Assembly (NCBI GenBank): GCA_002633005.1
Contig: NMRA01000009.1
Span: 324,518 to 388,517, forward strand
Direction: 5' to 3'
DNA: 64,000 nucleotides
Source of the DNA: Phoronis australis
Taxonomy: Eukaryota; Animalia; Phoronida
The position numbers were made by a program, and so were the translations under genes. Each line of letters begins with the position of its first letter. Within the stretch, counting starts at the first letter, position 1. Shown piece by piece: positions 1-13,200 of the stretch. Under the pieces are notes generated by a model. The model did not search any database. It was not told where the DNA came from and saw nothing but the letters and a program-made list of their open reading frames with translations.

Positions 1-1256
1 TTTTAGTATTAAAATGCTCTGAATTTATTTGTAACCTAAGAATACAGATTAGGTGAAAGAACTTGTATTGTTGTATTGGATAGACCATGAGCTCCAGTGA
101 CATGCCTTTTAACTCTGTCTGCCCGTGAGGTGGTGCATGCAATCCTGAGGTAACTTGAAATCAAGTTTTCCAACACTGGCTGTAAACGCACCTTGCAACA
201 TGAAAGCAAACTTTTGATTTAGACCACTTACAAGAAGTCATGAAATTGATCTGGAGCAAGCTGGGGGGGGGACAAAAAATCGTCGACTTTTGGTTAATCC
301 ATAGTCAGATGTATCGAGTCAAAAGACAAGTGAATAAATGTGTTGGAGAAAAAGGCCCAGTTGCCTCTAATGTGAGTTGGGGAAACAGATGAAACCAATT
401 TTATTGTAGTAAGTATCCTTAATCAAACATTCAGTTTTTATCAAACATGGCGGTTTATAGCCTCCAAAGGTATTACACGGTGGTTTATAGCCACCAATGG
501 TATATACAAGGGAGTTTATAGCCACCAAAGGTATAGTTTTCAAAAATGCACTGCCTATATTCACATATTTTGTAGAATTGTATCTTTGTTTTTCATTCCT
601 GCCTATAACATTTCTTTAAACATTTATTTATGTGCCAAATGTGCGACTCACCTGCACTGTTTTTTTTTTTTTTTTTTTAAATGTGCGACTTATTTGGATT
701 GGCTTCATCTGTTTTCTTTAATGTGATGAATTGGCTATTTTCTGGCCTTCAGATTTCCGACACTTATAGCAGTTTCAAACATAGATTTCTTTTTAGTACA
801 TAGGTCGATTCTCATGAAATTTTACACACCTTTTTATGGTACATGACTGGGGGAATCATGTCTTGCATTTTTCTTGGTATTTCTGCCATCAAAAATGAAA
901 ACATTTAACATTAAAAAAGTGGGCATGTATGCATGATACCTCTGTTGTTGGTAAATAAAATTAATCTGAACACTGTTTCTTGTGTGCTTGTAACAATTGT
1001 GTGATGCTTTAACGGAGGATTCAAAAAACTATATGTTAAATTTTGTTTGATTTGAAAACACAACATAGCAAAACGGTGAAATTATTCTGTCAAAAGTTTC
1101 GGCTATTATAAAAAGGAAAAAATTTCTTCCTTATTTGCACAGTTTATGTTGTGTAGCTGTCATCAACAAACATGCCATGGAATTTTGAGCACCTTTAACT
1201 AATGCAGTGAACTTGTGAAATTTTAAAGTGATAATTTTGACAGTTGTTTTGGGTTC

Positions 1257-1416
1257 TGAATTTGCAGGGTACTGTTATGGTTTGAATTTGCAGGGTACTG
1301 TTATGGTTTGAATTTGCAGGGTACTGTTATGGTTTGAATTTGCAGGGTACTGTTATGGTTTGAATTTGCAGGGTACTGTTATGGTTTGAATTTGCAGGGT
1401 ACTGTTATGGTTTGAA
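1257..1416. repeat. Minisatellite, 26-bp unit x6
   Basis: tgaatttgcagggtactgttatggtt repeated. Confidence 0.95.
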
Positions 1417-2185
1417 CATGTAGCTTTAGAGGTTACATGTTAATGTGTAAAAGAAAAGACTTGATGATTGTTGGCTATTTGGTTTGTCACAGGTTGACTG
1501 TCACTCTCCAAAAGAACTCACCTGAACGCTGTCATCTGATCAACATGCCAGGTGACAGCGTTACGTATTACAGGCCAAAGTAGAATTAAAGTTGGTTGAC
1601 AAAATCCTGCTCCCAGTGTCCAACAGGACTGGAAAATGAAGTAATGTTTGGATTGGTTTCAAAATGCGACTATTTTGATGTTTATAAACAACAAAAAATG
1701 AAGCATATTCTATCTATCCAAGTTTGGTGGCTTGGGTTAGCCTGATGGACATTGACATTACCTTCAGCAATTTTGTGTGTCTGAGAGATGTGTGCGTATT
1801 TTGAAGTTGATGTCCACACAGGGCATTACAAAACTGTTCTGAAATTGGAACACCATCAATGGCCTGTTGTTTGTACACTTAAACCTCGTGCATCTGTGCA
1901 CATTTGCTGTCGCTTTGCTGGAGGTTTTAGTTACCCCCAAAACTGATGGCATTTTCGCTTACACTTGTAGCCAGAAGGCTGACTTCAAAGGACACACATG
2001 TGCTAGGGGTACTAAGAGGCCTTTGTTATCATCACATTATCAATTTATGGTTGAGAGAAAATGTGTTTTGACATCAAATTTCACTAAAAAGGGTTATGAG
2101 CACTTTAGCTAGTGAAACTGCTAGCATTGTCGCCACTCATATGAACCAAGTATCAGTCTAACTCCTCTACTGTCTTTGCTTGTAG

Positions 2186-2392
2186 ATTCCAGTAGTGGAG
2201 CCAGTTGGCCGCCCCTGTATGGCGGACCCCTGCTAGATCTTGATAAGGACCTTGCCATCAACTACATTCACAAGTTCTACTGCAAGGACTGCAGAATGGA
2301 GCAGAGACACAAAGATGAGCAGGCTGGCCAGCCAACCTCACCACAGTTTCAGCTGGATGAAAACCCTCTACAGCTGGATAAGAACAAGGAGT
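2186..2392 (+). CDS. MRTF: MRTF N-terminal exon (ends LDKNKES)
   Basis: ttgtag acceptor, gtgagt donor at 2393; joins in phase to give DKNKESLKRKL preceding RPEL1. Confidence 0.8.
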
Positions 2393-5300
2393 GTGAGTAC
2401 AAGTTTTACCATCTCTGTCCTCTACACAGTTAGTGGAGGAAATTGGACACTCTTGCTGTTAGTAACCACGAGAATTGTGTCTCCCATTATTTTTGCGCAG
2501 AAATGAGTTTCAAAAGAAAAGTTTCTGAGAACTAATGGTTCCACTTAATGTCCTACTATCGATGATGTCATGGTTGCATTTTGATACAAAGATGACATTG
2601 CATTGGCTTCAGAACATACTGAAGATGCTTTGGTTTCTGTGTTATCGCTGTACCTGATATTTCTGTGTTATCGCTGTACCTGGTATTTCTGTGTTATCGC
2701 TGTACCTGGTATTTCTGTGTTATCGCTGTACCTGGTATTTCTGTGTTATCGCTGTACCTGCTATTTCTGTGTTATTGCTGTAACTGGTATTTCTGTGTTA
2801 TTGCTGTAACTGGTATTTCTGTGTTATCGCTGTACCTGCTATTTCTGTGTTATCGCTGTACCTGCTATTTCTCTGTTATGGCTGTGCCTGGTATTTCTGT
2901 GCTATCGCTGTACCTGGTATTTCGATCTCTATCACTCATGCTCTTCCCGATTTTACCAGACATGCCAACTTTTGTAAAATTGAAGTATGTAGTATTTTCA
3001 GATTAACTTTCAGTATTAGTCCTTGCAATGTCCATCAACAGATGAGCATCTATGTCCAGTCAATAGTGAACAGGTCACAAGTCTATGTTCAATATAGCTG
3101 GAGATGGATGACCTTGCGGCAACTTACATACACAGCAGCTGAGATATTGCTAGCCCTGGTTCACATGTGCCTGTCATTACTGGTGTTGCTGATTGAAAGA
3201 CTGCTTCCTGTCTTCATAAATGACACCACATTAAACTTTTACATATTAACTGTGGATATAGATGTCCTCCTGATGTCCCCGTCTACTCTCAGTCCTCTGC
3301 CTTAAGACAGCCTCAGGTAGCCCTGCACACACTGTCAACTCAATAAGGGCTCAAGGTGTGCTTTTGATTATCATTTTGTCGCCAGCTCTTTTGATCTGTG
3401 GATGCTTCTTGCTATTGCGTTGGTCCAATAATTGACACACTTTATCAATCACGTCAAGTTAAAGCGTCAAAGCCGTGTGATACAACCGACCATAAGATGG
3501 GTCAGTATATCAAAGGACTGATGCGCACAGATTTCTTTTGAAACCCTCTCCACACATGTTCCTGTTGTGTTTGTCGCACTGACTGTGTCTGATCACTGAG
3601 ATTGAATTATCATCGCAGTGCTCTTGTGATCTCCACCATGCTATTTTTGCAAGATGTTTTGTGTAGTGGTATTGACACAAAGAACATAATCAAATCTCAG
3701 CAATTTTGGCATACTGTGCCTTAGTAGTCCCACTCTCATATTTCAAATTTATCCAGTGTAACAAGATGTATCATATTTATGCTTATTTTGACCTTAAAGA
3801 ATGCGTTTCATTACTTATGGTATATTTCTGGTAATTAGTCCCAGACTTCTGTTTCATTAATTAGTAAACTGTAGTTGGGTGGTAGATACATGTTGTCACA
3901 TTGTATTAATGAGTTGCAGGCTGTTGTTCTGATTAACCCACATATTAATTAGTTGCCAGTTTTTCGAGGAGCCTTAACTCCTGTTTGAGAAGAGCTGAAG
4001 CAAGGCTTAGGTGTTGTCTCCAACAGAAGGTCCATTTGCATTCCAATCTAATTGAGCTTAAGTTGATGATAGAGAGGCCCATTAGTTGTTGCATCACTCT
4101 GGCTAGATTGACCCTTGAGTGTTGGAAGGATGATGACCAGCTGATTGGCCAACTCAGTTGATGACCAGCTGGCTATCTGAAAACTACTGCATCAAAGGCT
4201 GGTGTCCTGACCCAAGTTTAAAAATCTGTGGCTGATCATCATAGCTGAAACTGTGGAATGTTTCAACTCCAATCAGTTCTCAAATAAAAGTACAATAATG
4301 ATGAACACATATTATAAATTCACAATTGCATTAACTCGAGCAATGTGTGAAACAAGTTGAATGCCTAAGGATGTCTGACAAGGTGCTCCCTCTGTCCCAG
4401 TTGTTGGGAGATCCTGTTTTTCAGGAATAACAAAAAATGGAAAGAACTCACGGAATGGGACGTCTTTCACGAAATTAGAATTTTTTATGTATCATGTTGA
4501 AATAATACAAAGAAGTTGCTAATTGTTAATACTAAAGTCCCTAAAATCTATGTTTGCTAAAACAAATGTCTCTGTTTTGAAAACCCGAAAATCATGCTCT
4601 CCATTTGTATTGGCCATGTGTTAGCCATGTGTCAGTGGACTTTTTGTCGACCTCAACTGGAATATGTGACCACTTGAAAACATACCTCTGCTCTAAAAAT
4701 GAAGCATTTGTACATGGATTTCTTATTTTTCAAATTTGTTGTCACCAACATACAATAAACATTACAGTGAAGCAAACAGAATGACCCAAAGTACAAGTCA
4801 TCCTCCTTAATTAGTGCATGTTAGTCATGGAGAGTCAGCAACTATGGTACCTCAGATGCAGACAGATGCCAAAATAGTTAAATTGTCTTTAGAAGGTCTA
4901 ACTGCTAACAGGAATGTGATATTCCATTCATCTCTGCCTTGTGAGAGCAACTTAACTAAAGCAGATACCCAAGCCACATTCCCTAGCAACTTCACAAATG
5001 CAGATACCCAAGCCACGTTCCCCAGCATTCTCTTTTTTTCATTGGCGAGACTGAGATAGTTTGTAGCAGCTCCAATGGTGCTGGCACACGCAAGACGTGT
5101 GATCAGTCGCTGGTCAGCTGTACATGGTCTGTATCATTGTCATTCCGTCCTGTCCTGTCTTCCTTGTACAAATGGCTAACAACACTATGACATCCATCAC
5201 TACTACCAACGAGGGACGGTTGGGCAGCCAGATAGACTGTTAAGTTTTGTTGCTGGCCTGAATGTGTCTTTGAACTCTTTTTTTGCCAACTGCCGTTCTT

Positions 5301-8300
5301 TATTGTAGAACATTGCTAGAGCAATTAATGTTCTTGCTACTAAAAACCAGTGAAGAGAGCCACACATGCAAGCTCTGACCAGTCAGCTTGTATGTTTGCA
5401 GCATCCTGGGACAATTAACCTTTTTAGAGCTCTACCTTTTGAGAACAGCTCCCTGGAGGTGTCTGGGTGATGCTTTGAGCCAACTGTAGCTGAGTCTTAA
5501 TCATTTGATTTGAAAGGCCAACAGACAACTACAAGCATCTTGTTGAAAAGGAGTGTGTCAAGAGTACTCATAGTCTTGTTTCTTTTGATCACTTAACATT
5601 AAGTGAAATGGGTGTAGTTAAATCAAACTACTTGAGAATCAGTTTCACTTTGCACTGCCAACACTTGGCCTTGTAGCTTCTTCAGGGATTTCATCAAAGC
5701 TGGAACGTGCCCTAGTGTTTCAGTAATCTGTAAACAACATATGACCAGTACTTGGGACACTGGAGTTGTGTAAACATTGACAAACACAGAGACTCAAATG
5801 TTTTCTGTAGTACAGCTTGTCCTGTCCTCTTCATGACAGGATAATAAACTGTCAAGTTCTCTGGCTAACATCCAGCAATAAAGGTCTCATTTAGCAATCT
5901 TTGATTCAAAAGGAGTGAAATTGGGCCTCGTTTTTGTGACCTCTAGTTTTTTCAATAGAACTCAAAAGTTTCTTTCATCAACATGATCTAGCAACTTGCT
6001 TTGAATACACTTTCATATACAATTCAAGAAACTGCAATCTTGAGTTTACATCTCAAGCGATTTTAAGTATGGTATAACTGACTGTTTGTTAAATTTTAAC
6101 ATCATTAACCAAAATACATAACACAAAAAGTTTAGATATCCCTATACATCTGTGGTAAAATAGCCCATGCATTTGTCTACGTTTGCCTGATGCCACCAGC
6201 GCACCCTGTTGGCCAGTGTCAGCTGTTGGTAAATTGCCACAATCATCATAGCCAGGTTCTTGTGTATGTGTGCTTTTTATGTTCTAGTGCTCCATTAGCA
6301 AGCCTCTTTGGTGTAGTTGTAATGATCCACTGGCTTCTCTGGCCAGTCCTCCTGTTTACTCTGCTAATAGACTGTATTGTCAGACAAAACAATGTGGCTG
6401 GCCATTCAGATCTGTAACAGTTTTTATGTATGTGCCTGCTGATGGCAGTGCATTCTCAAACAAACATGTGACATGCTGGTGGTGTAGTCAGCAAGTGAAT
6501 TGTACAAATTATTGAAACACAAACTGAAATAAAAAGATGTCAGTTCCGTGTGTAGTGTCAGGCAAGTTCACTTTTCTAGATTTAACCCTTGTTTTTTGCT
6601 TCCTCTGAATAAAGGCTTTGTTGTAAAAACTGTTGAACAAAAAAATAATAATTATAATACAGTACCGTCTGCTTGGATATGATCGCATCGCAATTCTGGT
6701 TTCTACTCGTTATATGGTGCTCATAGAAATATCGTGGATCGACCAGTTGATTGGAAATGAGCTTGTTGGTTCTCAAAATGTCCTTGAATATTTGTATAGC
6801 ATTTGCATATAACAGCCATCTGGTTCCCTTTTAGCCTTGAAGCGAAAGCTGATGCTGAGGCGTTCTGTGAACGAGCTGGTGAACCAAGGAATCATGCCAC
6901 GTAAGTATACTACTAATTTCAGTTTCATTTTTATCGCGGTTCAATTCCCATTATTTCTGAAACATTTGTGCTTTCATTGAGGAATTAGTAGTAATTTGCG
7001 TTATCTCATATGCCATACCATACTGTTTTATATTATTAGGTTGGCTTCACGAAAGGAAAAACTTAGCGAGGAACAGTTATTTCGGTTTAAGTGAAACCTG
7101 CACCACTTTACTAGTAATCAGCTTAGGGCTTAAAATATCTTTGGAGGTTTGGTGATCTTTAAAAGATGTGGACACATTTCACAAGAATGCAGTTAATTCT
7201 AGCAAGATGGAAAAACTGATTATGATCTTTGCTAAGAAGTATTGCGCAAGAATACATGATAATCATCTCCACCCCCTGATATTTGCTCATAATTGCTCAA
7301 GACAGCAGCGAATAAATAAATTGTTCATACCTCTTGCTAATGCGTTTTCATTAGCCCCTGACATTTCAGCTCACCTTTTGCCTGTGTTTACATTCATAAG
7401 CCTGTGTCTCTGTCCACCCACATGGTTCATTAGCTCCATATATTCTCCTAACCACAGCCATAGTGTCAACTGGCCCAGTCGGGGGCCATTAAACTCCTCC
7501 TTTTAATTAGCGTATATAATGCTGTCATTGCATCCTCTCCCCNCTAACCACATAGTCATCTCATTTTTGGCTTGTAATATATATTTTTGATGTTCAGAAA
7601 AAAATTAAATAATTCCACTTCCGTGGTTGTAGGACAGCACTTTCCTTTTCCAATTTGAAATTTCGTAAACAATTCATTATTGTTGCAACAAACATTTAAT
7701 TTAACGGAGAAAACACCCCTTGTGTTGTATCAAATTAGTCTTTCCAGGTGCTTAATGAACAGTTAATGGCATAGAGTCTGTTGCGCAATCCTATTGTCTT
7801 TACTGGTCACTACTGAGTTAGTGGTGCATTTCAACTAGGAATAGATATGTATATATTGTGTGTTCTGGGTGTCCTGTGAAGCAATGAGCACTCTAGTCAA
7901 GTTATGTAGTCATGTCAAACTGAAATAGGATGTGAAACCTAAATACTTCCTGCTGTCCAGCTGATATTAATCTACAGATTATAAATTACTGGTCACCCTA
8001 CATTCTGCATTAATGGGACTGAACTTCTTACAGATCTGCTGTCTCAGGCTTGCTTAGCGCGTTAACTTAATTTGCAAAAAATTTAAAGGTTATGTCACAT
8101 GATTTGCATTTTTGGCTCTAAAACTAGACCAATCTGTGTATTCTTCTGTATGTCACCATGGCAGGTTACCTGGCTGTTTTGTGTTATCTGTGCATTAGTC
8201 TAGAAGACTATTTCCTGAAGCATGAAGATATCACCAGGTTTATTGGGCGATTTGTAAACAGAGTTAACCTTTGCATGCATCAGGCAAATCTAACCCAAAC

Positions 8301-10148
8301 TGTATTTGGCCGGATACCACCGGGGACCACCAACATTGCATGACAACTGTGCTAGGGCTACTTACTGTAAAAGTAGACCAGCTACAACTAGCAGAACTCT
8401 ACCTAATCTTACTTACAGGTTTTGGCTTCCAAGTGTTGAAACTTAAAAGCAAAACCAAGAAACTATAACTTTTCACTGTTTTGAACTTAAAACAAATAGT
8501 TGCAAGCATTTTTGTGCTTCTTTTTGCAAACCCTTCTAGCAAAACTGCATATTTTGCACCTTAGGTTGGGCTAAATTCGAACCTTGCATCTGCCCCTGCA
8601 TCTTCTACTGCCAGAGACCACCATGACTGCAGTTTTGCTAGATGCCAATTGGTCTTTATATAGCCAAAGGCTATTGGCGTGTCCCTACACCATTCTTGTA
8701 TTGGTAATACACAACCCATCTTGTGGAAGCAATTCAAACACACACTCTTCAGTTTACACTGTTTTGTAGGAGGAATATAAGTAGCCATTTGTCCCATTAC
8801 TGTCCTCGTTTTTGTCTAATTTACAGACCATACCTATTGTCTCTGGATGCAAATATTTATCACGCCCAATTTGCTTGGAAAAAGAATTGTTACAACAAGA
8901 ACTCTATTATTGTTGGTCTTGGTTGTTTCAGCAGGAAAACTCCGGATGGGATCGTAATTGTTGATGCTTGTGAGAGTTCACTGTGTTACAGCTCAAGTCT
9001 GTGTTTATACATTTATAAAAAGTGACAACTGTCAACTTGACAGTCACAGGCTAGGTCACAGACTTGTGTGTGTCTGTGTGATCCAAGAAATGTGCAGTTT
9101 GTTATTTCAAGAGTCACTTGAGAAAAGCGACAACTTACTGATTAGAACTTGTGGAGTTGTTCCACTGAGTACTGCCAACATTCTGCGCACTTCTGCCTCA
9201 AAATGGTTATCGTTGACCAATAGTAATGACAATGTTTTTACAGCATACAATAATTGACAATTATCGCACATTGCCTCTACAGATAACTCTCATTGTCTTA
9301 AGAGCTATTGATAATTTGGAGCATCAGAATAACTATTATGAACAAATTGTTATGTTCATCTCAGTTTGCCATTGTCTCACTGATGCCATACCATTTTGTT
9401 TTTGTTGTTCACGTCTGCCACTTTTTATATTTGTGATATGAATACTTTAGTAGATATTTACGGCTTTACATCATGTGTAAATCCATCCAGATGTTCATTG
9501 TATACTCAATAACCTCTGTTGCCGCCTAGAGAATCGTTATTTCATGAACATTGGTCTGACCTGTTCTTTCATGTGCATTTCTAGTAGAAAACCTTGTGAA
9601 CTGGTTCATTAGTACTGAGATATGGCCATGAGATTTTGACTTACACTTATACTTTTGCATAGCTAAACAGAGTGGCTTTGATGCCAGTGAAAACAAAAGC
9701 AGTGCAGAGACTACCTAATGTACAGTCTCATCTGGCAGGGGCATCCCTCAACTTGTCTGTCCATCTGACACTTTAGACTTGTCTGGGATGGTCTGATTAT
9801 AATGAGATCACAAGCAATAATTGGACAGGTTGTAGTGATACTCACTACTGTTCAGAAGGACCCCATGTTGTCCAAACTGAAACGGGCAATCTGTGTCTGT
9901 GTCATATTTATGTAATTACCAGAGAAAGTTTGGTGTTGTGAACTTGAGTGACATCCAATCAACCAGTAAAGTAATGACACTTAGTCTGTTTGTTTGTTGT
10001 TTAATGGTCAATTTCACAGCCCCAAACATCACATCTCTCAAGTTCTGCAATCAATAGTTAAATGTTTAGAAGTAACTCCTTTGATGTTCATTGGCCCATT
10101 CCTTTAGATCCAGGATTATGTACAATGGAAACATGCGCACACACACAC

Positions 10149-10214
<66 letters not shown>

Positions 10215-13200
10215 GCACACAAACACGCGCGTGCGCGCGCGCACACACACACACACGCATTAGTTGAAGCTTACCTATTCTTTATTCTCTACTTTATATT
10301 TTCAGCCTTAAAAACTCCACCAGCATTTGCTGAAAAGAGTAAACAACTGGAAAGAGCCAAGGTATTTTTATTTATCCATATTCAAGTAGTTTGTGTGGTT
10401 TCAAGAATTTGTGTATTGTATTAATCTTTTAAAAAGTGCTTAAATTTTCTTTTAGAAATTTGCTGTTATTGGGAACCGGTGATTTTTTACGTCACATAGT
10501 GTCTGTGAACGTTGGCTTTGAATATCCTATGAATACTTCTGTAGGTGCCACTTTTCAAAATTACACTAAATTATTGGAAATTGGCTCCATTTAACTGGCA
10601 TGTTTTCTCGGATTGGCGTCTCTTCAATTGTCAAGATTTGCCACACGTGGAACTTATTTGTACACATAATATATCCCCCATGCTCAGTTGTTTCAAGATT
10701 TGTGGTAAATTTGAGAAGTTATTTTGTTTCTCTGAAGGAGCTGCGTACAACTTTAGCCTGGCTCCAATTCTGTTCTGTGTGACCTTTTCCTCAACGAAGA
10801 ATTTGGTGCTTTTAAACAGGGCCTCAATTTCAGCAAATATTTACAATCAGCATTTTGCCCATGACTGGTTGGAGGACAGTTTAGTAGTTTACAAAATGGC
10901 CGATTTTAGGCAACTGTTTTGAAACAGTTTTTATTTTGTACTAAGTCACATGTTTAGTTGCATTGCTAATATTTGGCTGGTGAAAAATCACATGAACTTG
11001 AGTGTGTAAGTTAGTTTGCGTTTTATTATCTGTAAGTATAGTTAGTGGTATGTGCCCAACTGTGTGGCCTAAGCAGGCCTGGTGCATCACAAAAGGCACC
11101 AGGCCATCTGTCCATTTTTTTATTTTTTAAAAAAATTGACAATTTCTGTCAAACTCGTTGCCATCATTTAAAGTTATGGTAGAAAGCCTGAAAAAAGCTG
11201 AAAAATGACAACACTAAATTATTTGAAGATTAGCCAGAAATTCTTACTCAAAGTTTGGCAATATTTGACGAGTAGAACTATCATGGACTACTTTATTAGT
11301 AACAGTAGAGAATTTTCTGATTTGGGATTGAGATTTGAAAGGAATCTCAGAAGAGACACATAATGTCAAAAAATTACCTCCCTAAGCCCCTCCCCCCACA
11401 CTCTGGCTGCTTCCTTTAATTGACACTCATACATTTGTACCTGTGCGTCCACGGTGTTACAGCTACACACTTCATTAACTGCGGGTTTTACTTGGTTGTT
11501 TTAGTACTCTTCCACCGTCTGTCTGTCACTTGACTGTCCCTGGGGGTGACCTTCTATTTAAACCTATTTGATTATTGCAATATGTACACAGGGTTGTTAT
11601 TGACTTTGTGCTCCCTCCCCTAACATCCCCCCCTAGCTAGTAGTGCCAATTGTGCCAATGAGTTGGCTGGCTTTCATTACCTCCATTTCTGTCACCGGTC
11701 AACCGTTGGTTTCATTATCACACTTCTCAATACAACTGGCTGTAGTTTTCACATGTTTGGTCACCTTGGTCAAATTTGGACTGGCAATTAACAGACATGG
11801 TCGTTTAACTGGTTGCAATTGTTCAAACAAATGATAACCTGTGCGTGTTACTACACAGCTAGTAGGCACACAGATTCACACCAACTTTCCATAGTGCTAT
11901 ACAATAATATTATGGTTTTCTGTGGTAAATATAGCCTTCAAGCACTCACTCTAATTGCCTTCTATCTTGAAGTCTTCATAGAGATCATTATCTGTGGCCA
12001 GTCAAACAGGAAAACTAGGCTAGCCTAGCCAAGATATATTTATTTGATCAACATTGACTTCATTGTTTCAAATTATTTTTCTGGCCCACATTCTCTGCCC
12101 ATTAACAGCAGATACTGGACATTTCTATTTGACACTGGTTAGGCCACAAGAAAAATTATTTGAGGAAATGATCCATTATGAACTAGCCTGAGGACATTTG
12201 CTTAAATATTTCTGCTTAGGGTTATTTGCTAGATAATTTTCATAGTTATAACTGACACTCTGTGTAAGTAGAGACCTAGTGTGTGGTCTTTAACAGAAAA
12301 ATGGTAGTTTAATATAGCCTACTTTTTCAGGTAGGAGATACATTGCGACACAAGATACAATCCCGTCCTGATCGGCAGGCACTAGTCCAACAGCACATTC
12401 TGGAAGGTATGCACTACTTGTACATCAATTACCTTCAATGTTGAATAAGACCATGTGTAAAGTGCCAAGTAAGGGCAGACAGGTCAGACACAAGCTAATG
12501 GTGGCATGTTTATTGTGTACCACTATTAGTTGGTGTTTATGTGCACAATAAAGTCATTTACCATTACTACTTATTATTTGACAGTGGTTGGGCTTCTATG
12601 TTTCTTGAAAATCTTAGATAATGGTTTCTTTCAAAAAGTATTTTGTAATAACCAAGTGATTGTTGCTAGTTGGATACTATGACTAGCTCAAGTACAGAGG
12701 TTACCTTTGTTAGTTGGATACTATGACCAGCTCAAGTACAGAGGTTACCTTTGTTAGTTGGATACTATGACCAGCTCAAGTACAGAGGTTACCTTTGTTA
12801 GTTGGATACTATGACCAGCTCAAGTACAGAGGTTACCTTTGTTAGTTGGATACTATGACCAGCTTAAGTACAGCAATTACCTTTGTTAGTTGGATACTAT
12901 GACTAGCTCAAGTACAGAGGTTACCTTTATGTTAACTAATTTGTGCTACATTTACCATGCTAATCCAGCCCTGTGCTCCTCTGTGTTTCACCAACATTAC
13001 TGCCTTCCTTCATTAGCAGTGAGCTGTATGTGACTGTTGACACCAGACAAGACCCTAATGAGTTGTTAGCCTGGCTTTCATCGCCTGCTCAACAGACTCC
13101 ATGTTGTTTGTTTATGTGTCTCAGCCTGTTGGTTATAGTGCATCTAACACTTCTCCCAAATATCTTGCATATAGCACTTATTGGTTATTCAAAATGATAA

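Noticed and set aside
2603-3305. Cys-rich hydrophobic ORFs
   Set aside because: Largely translations of the 26-bp minisatellite
10062-10260. His/Thr- and Cys/Val-rich ORFs
   Set aside because: CA microsatellite translation; only 10306-10361 is exonic
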